Made by a program: the position numbers and the translations under genes. A DNA stretch of 64,000 bases from an uncultured Gammaproteobacteria bacterium (lineage in GTDB: Bacteria; Patescibacteriota; Microgenomatia; Levybacterales; UBA12049), in assembly GCA_964490105.1 (NCBI GenBank), contig CAZAZU010000001.1, positions 370,361-434,360 of the forward strand, written 5' to 3'. The stretch's first letter is position 1, and each line of letters opens with the position of its first letter. A model generated the notes under the pieces. It was not told the origin of the DNA. It saw nothing but the letters and a program-made list of their open reading frames with translations, and did no database searches. Shown piece after piece: positions 58,466 to 64,000 of the stretch.

Positions 58466-59578
58466 TTAACTTAATGCAAATTCTAAAAACCTATTCGTAG
58501 TATTAGACCACGTGTGTTTCTTTCTTTCACTTATAGCTCCTTTTTGTAATTTATTGTATAAATTTTCATCCTGCAATATTTTTTGAATATTTTCTGAAAG
58601 ATTTTCTGGATTATTTTCCTGGCAAATTTTTCCATTAACATTGTCCTTAACGATGTCTTTTAGACCCGGGACGTTATAAACTACTGCGGGAGTACCTCTC
58701 GCTCCTGCTTCGTGTACGGTTAAGCCCCACCCCTCCTTAACTGATGGAGCAATTAAAATATGTGCTCTAGTTAATAACTCTTCTTTCTTTTCCTCAGTAA
58801 CATAGTCAAAAAACCGAATGTTTTCTTTAAGATCCGAATCCTTCACAAGCCTATGAAGCTCAACTACAAACTCAGCCTCTCCCCGGCCTATTATCCAAAG
58901 CATGATATCTGGAATGTTTTTCTTAAGGATCTCAACTGATTTAATCGCGTCAACTACTCCTTTTGTTTTAGAAAGACGGGAAACGAAAATTAATGTTTTT
59001 TCCTTTTCTTTTTTAGGAAGACTACTAACCATTCTTGAATTTGAACCCATGGGAATTACTTTTACTTGTGATTTAGTAAAACCGTTCTTTTCAATTTCTT
59101 CTTTTGAAGATTCTGAAATAGTAACAACTGGTATTTTTTTATAAAAGCTAGGATAAATTTTTTCAATTATTTTTCCAAATATGTTAAATGGAAAACCTAC
59201 CGCGATATTCCAAAGATCTCCTGCAACTTCACAAATTAATGCAACTTTTTTTTCCTTAACATAAAACGGTGTAAAAAAGGGAATTCCGTGCACCTCGTCA
59301 ATTACCAAATCAACTTTCCCCTGAAAATCTCTCTTATACAGTTTGTAAGCAGCAAAATGCACTGATCTAAATAATCTTCTTGCATCAGGATCTCCTGATC
59401 TAATTATTTTAACGCCTTCAATTATTTCTTCTTCTTTAGCGCCTTTAAACTTCGCACTAATCTGCGTTACAACGTGTCCTTTTTTTACAAATCCAGATGC
59501 TAATTCCTGAGTCAGAATCTCAGCTCCCCCGGATGAAGGATTTTTAATATCTCTCCAATTTAAAATTAATATTTTCAT
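58466..59578 (-). CDS. GT4 glycosyltransferase
   Basis: NWRDIKNP..GGAE, DEVHGIPF, KEGWGLTVHEA. Confidence 0.88.
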   Translation of the reverse strand: MKILILNWRDIKNPSSGGAEILTQELASGFVKKGHVVTQISAKFKGAKEEEIIEGVKIIRSGDPDARRLFRSVHFAAYKLYKRDFQGKVDLVIDEVHGIPFFTPFYVKEKKVALICEVAGDLWNIAVGFPFNIFGKIIEKIYPSFYKKIPVVTISESSKEEIEKNGFTKSQVKVIPMGSNSRMVSSLPKKEKEKTLIFVSRLSKTKGVVDAIKSVEILKKNIPDIMLWIIGRGEAEFVVELHRLVKDSDLKENIRFFDYVTEEKKEELLTRAHILIAPSVKEGWGLTVHEAGARGTPAVVYNVPGLKDIVKDNVNGKICQENNPENLSENIQKILQDENLYNKLQKGAISERKKHTWSNTTNRFLEFALS

Positions 59579-60909
59579 AAATCTCTATAAAGAATTACAG
59601 CAAGAAAACTTAGTGAAAAAATTACAGTTAAAAATAAATAGTTAAGTGAAAATATTTGTTTCTTAAATTTAATATTTGGAAAAAATAAAGGTAAAAGAGT
59701 AATACTAGATAAAACTAAGAATCCTCTAAAAGCTAGGAATGAAAACCCGAACATATTTGTCCATGTGAGTTCTAAAAGCGAAAGACCAAGGAATAAAATA
59801 AATAAAAATGTAAGTAAAATATTTTTATTAAAGTACTCTTTTATAAAAATTGCTAAAGAAATTGCCAGAAATGGATAAAAAGGATATCTATACCAACCGT
59901 GTCCCGGTTCATTTGGAATTGCAAAAATAAATACTGCTAAGTAGGCAAAAATCCCTAAAATCGGCAGGAAATTTTTCTTAAAGTCTTTTATTAAAAGAAG
60001 GAAGAATGATATCCAGCCAAAATATATCCAGCCGTCAATCATATGTCTGTCCACCATAAATGGTTCCTTAAAAAGCGCGTAAACACTGTTAAAAGTCAGG
60101 TCATATCTTTGGAGTTGAAGTTTCCAAAGACTTACAAATAAATTCCAGTCATAATAATATCCATAAGCTAAGTACCCCAGAAAAAATGCCAATACTGTTC
60201 CAGAAACTAACAAACTCTCTTTATATTTCTTAGAATAAATTAAAATGGAAATTACAGCCAAGCTTGCAGCGATCCAGGGTATTTTAGAAACAAGTAAAAG
60301 ACCACACAGAACAGAAACTATAGCGATAAATATCTTATTCTTTGTTTTTATATATTTTATCGTAAACAGAAGAGCTATAAGGAATCCTGGAATGAAAAAA
60401 TTCTCGTTCTGAACAATTCTAGAACCTATTGCAACAGTTGGAATAATCGCATAAATAAAGCTAGCAAGAAGAGCTGTTTCTTTATCATAAATTTCTTTTA
60501 CGAGAAGAAATAAAACACCTATTGAGATGACACCAAGAATAATCGCTAGCGGACGGATCCTTCCAACATCAATGTCATACATGTTATCTGCGCCATTTAA
60601 AAGTGCGAATGAGCCTGCTACGACTCCAAAAAATGGCGGGTGCTCTAAATATGGTCTGACAATCCAAAAAGCAGCACCTTTATAAATCAGGTGCTCTCTT
60701 TCAGAATTTAAATACTGCGGATGCGAAGACCAGGATTTTGGTGCTCCTTCCTGAATCAGATTTATTCCAAGCCATGTCCAAGCAAACTCATCCATGGTAG
60801 CTCCAAATCTGGGTGTTATTGCATAATTATGAACTCGTAAAACTAGTCCAATCAGTAAGATTGAAGCAATAATAATTAATGTTTTTCTTTTTAAAATTTC
60901 TTTAACCAT
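59575..60909 (-). CDS. GT-C fold membrane glycosyltransferase (ArnT/PMT_2-like)
   Basis: LR..MDE first loop, EHPP, SR...EN, about 12 TMs. Confidence 0.8.
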   Translation of the reverse strand: MVKEILKRKTLIIIASILLIGLVLRVHNYAITPRFGATMDEFAWTWLGINLIQEGAPKSWSSHPQYLNSEREHLIYKGAAFWIVRPYLEHPPFFGVVAGSFALLNGADNMYDIDVGRIRPLAIILGVISIGVLFLLVKEIYDKETALLASFIYAIIPTVAIGSRIVQNENFFIPGFLIALLFTIKYIKTKNKIFIAIVSVLCGLLLVSKIPWIAASLAVISILIYSKKYKESLLVSGTVLAFFLGYLAYGYYYDWNLFVSLWKLQLQRYDLTFNSVYALFKEPFMVDRHMIDGWIYFGWISFFLLLIKDFKKNFLPILGIFAYLAVFIFAIPNEPGHGWYRYPFYPFLAISLAIFIKEYFNKNILLTFLFILFLGLSLLELTWTNMFGFSFLAFRGFLVLSSITLLPLFFPNIKFKKQIFSLNYLFLTVIFSLSFLAVILYRDL

Positions 60910-61646
60910 TATTTATAATAATTTAGGATTCTTAATCTATAAAAAACTGCTAACGTGTCAACTAGTGTCAGGAATGAAATTTTCCAGAAGTTAGTACTAG
61001 TTACACTTCCCTGTTTAAAAGTTAATTTTATAGGAGCCTCTATAATTTTTGTATAACCTAACATTCTTGCTACAGCAAGAACCTCAACATCAAACGCAAA
61101 CGCTTTAACAATTATCTTAGGAAATACTTCTTTAGCTGTTTTTTTTCTAAAGAATTTAAGTCCAACCTGAGTATCCCTAACACTAAGCCTGAAAAGTACT
61201 TTAATTAGACTCCTATATCCCCATGACAATATTTTTCTGCTTAACGGGTACTTAATAATCGAGTCCGGATGAAGCTTGCTTCCTATAACTATATCTGCTT
61301 TATTCCATTCCATCATGTTTAACATGAGCGATATTTCTGAAGGACTCAAGTCCATACCGGCATCTATAAACCCGATTACATCTCCCTTTGCCTTTTCCAC
61401 CCCAAGTTTTATTGCAAAACCTTTACCTTTATTTAATTCGTAGCCGAGAGGAATAAGTTTATTGTTTTTTATTTGTTTTAGTTTTTCAAATGTCTGATCC
61501 AGGAATCCATCAACAACTACTATTATTTCATACTCAGATGTTATAGAACTTAACGCCAAATCAAGATTTTTTACATCTTCTATTATTGTTTTCTCTTGTT
61601 TATAGGCAGGAACTATTAATGAGATAAAATTAGCCGACATAAGCAT
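60909..61646 (-). CDS. polyprenol-phosphate glycosyltransferase (GT2, DPM1/Alg5-like)
   Basis: VPAYKQE, NKGKGFA, FIDA, RDTQVGLK, FAFDVE. Confidence 0.85.
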   Translation of the reverse strand: MLMSANFISLIVPAYKQEKTIIEDVKNLDLALSSITSEYEIIVVVDGFLDQTFEKLKQIKNNKLIPLGYELNKGKGFAIKLGVEKAKGDVIGFIDAGMDLSPSEISLMLNMMEWNKADIVIGSKLHPDSIIKYPLSRKILSWGYRSLIKVLFRLSVRDTQVGLKFFRKKTAKEVFPKIIVKAFAFDVEVLAVARMLGYTKIIEAPIKLTFKQGSVTSTNFWKISFLTLVDTLAVFYRLRILNYYK

Positions 61647-62926
61647 TATCTATAGCTGAGCTTGAATTGATTTATTTTCAAATAATACACGACGAGAGAA
61701 ATCATTAGCAACATAGATGAAAAAATTGAAACATAGATAACCTGACTGAAAGTTGAGTGGAAAATCCACATTAAAATTATCTGAAATAACGCAAATAATA
61801 GAGTGATTAAAAATACTTTTGTTTTTTTAATTGAGAGAAAAAAGCTGATGAAAACATTATTAACACTATAGATTGTAAGAAAAATTCCGAAAAGTCCAAG
61901 GTATGGGGCAATCACTAAATAATCCCCTCCTCCTAAAAATAGCGAAACGGTGAAATTAGGAAAAAGGAAATAAAAACCAGTCATGAAAATTGACGGCAGA
62001 AGAACAAGAGCGAGGGCTATATAAAAAAGATTATTATAGTTTTCCTTGTTTGTATGACGCTTAACGATTAATGGAAACATGGCGATTGGGATTGGACCAG
62101 TAAAATAGAAAATTACTTTTCCGATTAAAGATAGCCCTCCATAAAAACCAGCATCCTGAGAACTGAAAAAATGCTTAACTAATAAAACATCAGATGATAT
62201 AAATGATGATAATGAAAATATCGCAATCGAAGTTGGAATTGCATATAAAACAATATCAGACCTATCTATATTTATTTTTTTATTTGCTCCAACAATTACT
62301 TTCCTTAAAACAATAAAACTTATCGAAAATCCTATTATCGAAGAAATAATAACAGCGCCTAATGCTCCAAAAACCTTAAATCCTAAAATTATAAGAAGTA
62401 CACCAAATGCAAGCTTTCCTATTCCGCCCAACAAATAAAGGAAACCTAAGAGCTTGAACCTCAACATACTTTGAACAAATGCCATGTTTAAAGTAGCAAG
62501 ATAAAAAATCGCTATTGAGAATCCCACCATAACTACAAGTCCCAGCTCGTCAATTTTGAGAAACGACATAATTAGACTAGATACCAAAATGATGCCAACA
62601 TTTAGAACAATACTGAAAACTAGGATGTATTTAAATGCTTTAATGTAAAATGCTCCGGCTCTTTCGTTTTCATTCCTAGAAAAAAATTGTGCTGCATATC
62701 TGACAATAATTGACGACAAAGAACTAGCAGGAATTGTTACGAGAGTTATTAAAGACATCAGACTAGCAAATGTTCCATAATCCGAATAGCTTAAACTTCT
62801 TGCAAAATAAACATTTAATATGAATGCGAGAAAACTTGATGCAGTAGTCCCGATAAGTACAAAAAAACTTCCTGAAATCAAATCGTGCTTTATACTACTT
62901 AAAATAATCTTTTTAATCTTATCCAT
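61646..62926 (-). CDS. Wzx-type oligosaccharide flippase (MOP superfamily)
   Basis: ARSLSYSDYG, DVLLVK...AGFY, about 12 TMs. Confidence 0.85.
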   Translation of the reverse strand: MDKIKKIILSSIKHDLISGSFFVLIGTTASSFLAFILNVYFARSLSYSDYGTFASLMSLITLVTIPASSLSSIIVRYAAQFFSRNENERAGAFYIKAFKYILVFSIVLNVGIILVSSLIMSFLKIDELGLVVMVGFSIAIFYLATLNMAFVQSMLRFKLLGFLYLLGGIGKLAFGVLLIILGFKVFGALGAVIISSIIGFSISFIVLRKVIVGANKKINIDRSDIVLYAIPTSIAIFSLSSFISSDVLLVKHFFSSQDAGFYGGLSLIGKVIFYFTGPIPIAMFPLIVKRHTNKENYNNLFYIALALVLLPSIFMTGFYFLFPNFTVSLFLGGGDYLVIAPYLGLFGIFLTIYSVNNVFISFFLSIKKTKVFLITLLFALFQIILMWIFHSTFSQVIYVSIFSSMLLMISLVVYYLKINQFKLSYR

Positions 62927-63987
62927 TAACTGAATTCAGAAATCTTCTTGTATACTTCATAAGTTTCCATAGCAGTTTTTTCCCAATTGAATTTTTTGGC
63001 ATTTTCAAATCCAAGTTTTATAAACTTTCCTCTTAATTCATTGTCTTCAAATATATTCTCAATTCCCTCTCTGATTGAGTCAACACTTAACGGATCAACA
63101 TAATAAGCCGCATTCCCCGCCACTTCCGGGAGTGAGCCCGACTTAGAAGTAATAACCGGGCAGCCTGACTGCATAGCTTCGAGAATTGGCAATCCAAAAC
63201 CCTCGTAAAGAGACGGCATACAAAGAACTACGGCTGAATTATAAATTCCCACAAGGTCTTCATTTTCTACAAATCCCAGCGAAATAATATTTTTATTTTT
63301 AGCAGCTAACTCTTGAGAGTTTTTAAGGTCCTTGTTCCAAGGACTATTCTTATCATAGTTTTTATTCTTAAAAGCTTGACCTACAATTACGAGCGGGTAG
63401 TTTGTAAGATTTATTGCCTCCATGAGTCTAGGTAAATTTTTATTTGATGTAACGTCACCTACATAAAGCGCAAATTTCTGAGGAAGATTGAATTTTTTTA
63501 TCACCTGGTTCTTTTTTTCTACAGAAACTGGTTTATAATGTTTTCCTGCTGCCAGATAAACTACCCGGATCTTAGAATCTTCGTAATTTGCGATTTTAAC
63601 AATATCTTTCTTCGAGGATTCCGAGTCAGTAATAATAAAATCTGAATTTTTAAGAATTTTTTTTTGAATTTGCCACTTCACTCCGCCTTTTAGTCCTGAC
63701 GGAAATTCATTTTTAAAAACAATTGGTGTGAAGTCGTGAACCGTAATTACCGTTTTAACAGTCTTTTTTAATGGAAGTGTTAAAAAAAATGGTTCAAAAT
63801 ATGGATAATGAATTAGATCGATTTTCCCATCCAACTTTTCACCCCTTTTTGTAAATAAAAACTCACCTTCACCGTATTTCTCTAGAAGAGCCTCTTTTAG
63901 GTTATTTAGATAAAATCCTGTTCCCCTTACTCTATGCTGAAGAAAATGACCGGACGTAATAGGGGATATATCAATTGCTACCTTCAT
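62926..63987 (-). CDS. GT4 glycosyltransferase (MtfB-like)
   Basis: [29 protein letters not shown]. Confidence 0.92.
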   Translation of the reverse strand: MKVAIDISPITSGHFLQHRVRGTGFYLNNLKEALLEKYGEGEFLFTKRGEKLDGKIDLIHYPYFEPFFLTLPLKKTVKTVITVHDFTPIVFKNEFPSGLKGGVKWQIQKKILKNSDFIITDSESSKKDIVKIANYEDSKIRVVYLAAGKHYKPVSVEKKNQVIKKFNLPQKFALYVGDVTSNKNLPRLMEAINLTNYPLVIVGQAFKNKNYDKNSPWNKDLKNSQELAAKNKNIISLGFVENEDLVGIYNSAVVLCMPSLYEGFGLPILEAMQSGCPVITSKSGSLPEVAGNAAYYVDPLSVDSIREGIENIFEDNELRGKFIKLGFENAKKFNWEKTAMETYEVYKKISEFS

Positions 63988-64000
63988 CCAGTTAGAAAAG
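63988..64000. repeat. end of a probable second TIR element abutting a start codon (truncated by window)
   Basis: Minus strand CTTTTCTAACTGG-ATGAAGGTAG, compared with GCTTCTAAACGGG-ATGAAGGTAG in front of manC. Confidence 0.45.

Noticed and set aside
184-59144. All plus-strand ORFs in the track (60-130 aa)
   Set aside because: Each lies antisense to a well-supported minus-strand gene and shows no recognisable motif; they are shadow ORFs
1-64000. CRISPR arrays, tRNA/rRNA genes, integrases, transposases, prophage or defence genes
   Set aside because: None recognised; all intergenic gaps are under about 170 bp and lack repeat-spacer or cloverleaf patterns by eye (tRNAscan/Infernal not run)
1-64000. 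Alternative genetic code (TGA read as Gly or Trp)
   Set aside because: Many conserved genes end in TGA at the expected length with ATGA overlaps, and the ORFs are intact under code 11

Overview
AT-rich bacterial window in which every credible gene lies on the minus strand, so transcription runs from 64000 towards 1. Gene content and style point to a Patescibacteria/CPR genome, most likely Microgenomates (inference): Mur ligases lacking the N-terminal domain, alpha2-type GlyRS, DUF4012, few Shine-Dalgarno motifs and CCCGTTAGAA...TTCTAACGGG elements. TGA is used as stop. 1-14.5 kb is a dcw cluster (mraZ-rsmH-ftsL-like-ftsI-murF-murE-murC-murA-GlmU-N-term-only-mraY-ftsW-murG-ftsQ-like-ftsA, possibly the ftsZ start) lacking murD, murB and ddl. 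14.7-19.6 kb holds two hypothetical genes, glyQS, recO and a DUF4012 gene. 19.7-64 kb is a surface-glycan locus of at least 44 kb, open at the right edge, with a priming phosphoglycosyltransferase, ManC, a Wzx flippase, many GT2/GT4 enzymes, two polyprenol-phosphate-sugar synthases, about six GT-C-like membrane proteins (including an O-antigen-ligase/TMTC-like fusion), a GDP-mannose 3,5-epimerase, a ColD-type dehydratase and methyl-, acetyl- and carbamoyltransferases. The most unusual non-annotated signals are micro-ORFs that bridge intergenic gaps through ATGA overlaps, a palindromic element inserted at an ATGA junction, and repeated -10 boxes 6-8 nt upstream of start codons. All family assignments come from motif recognition by eye; no database searches were run.
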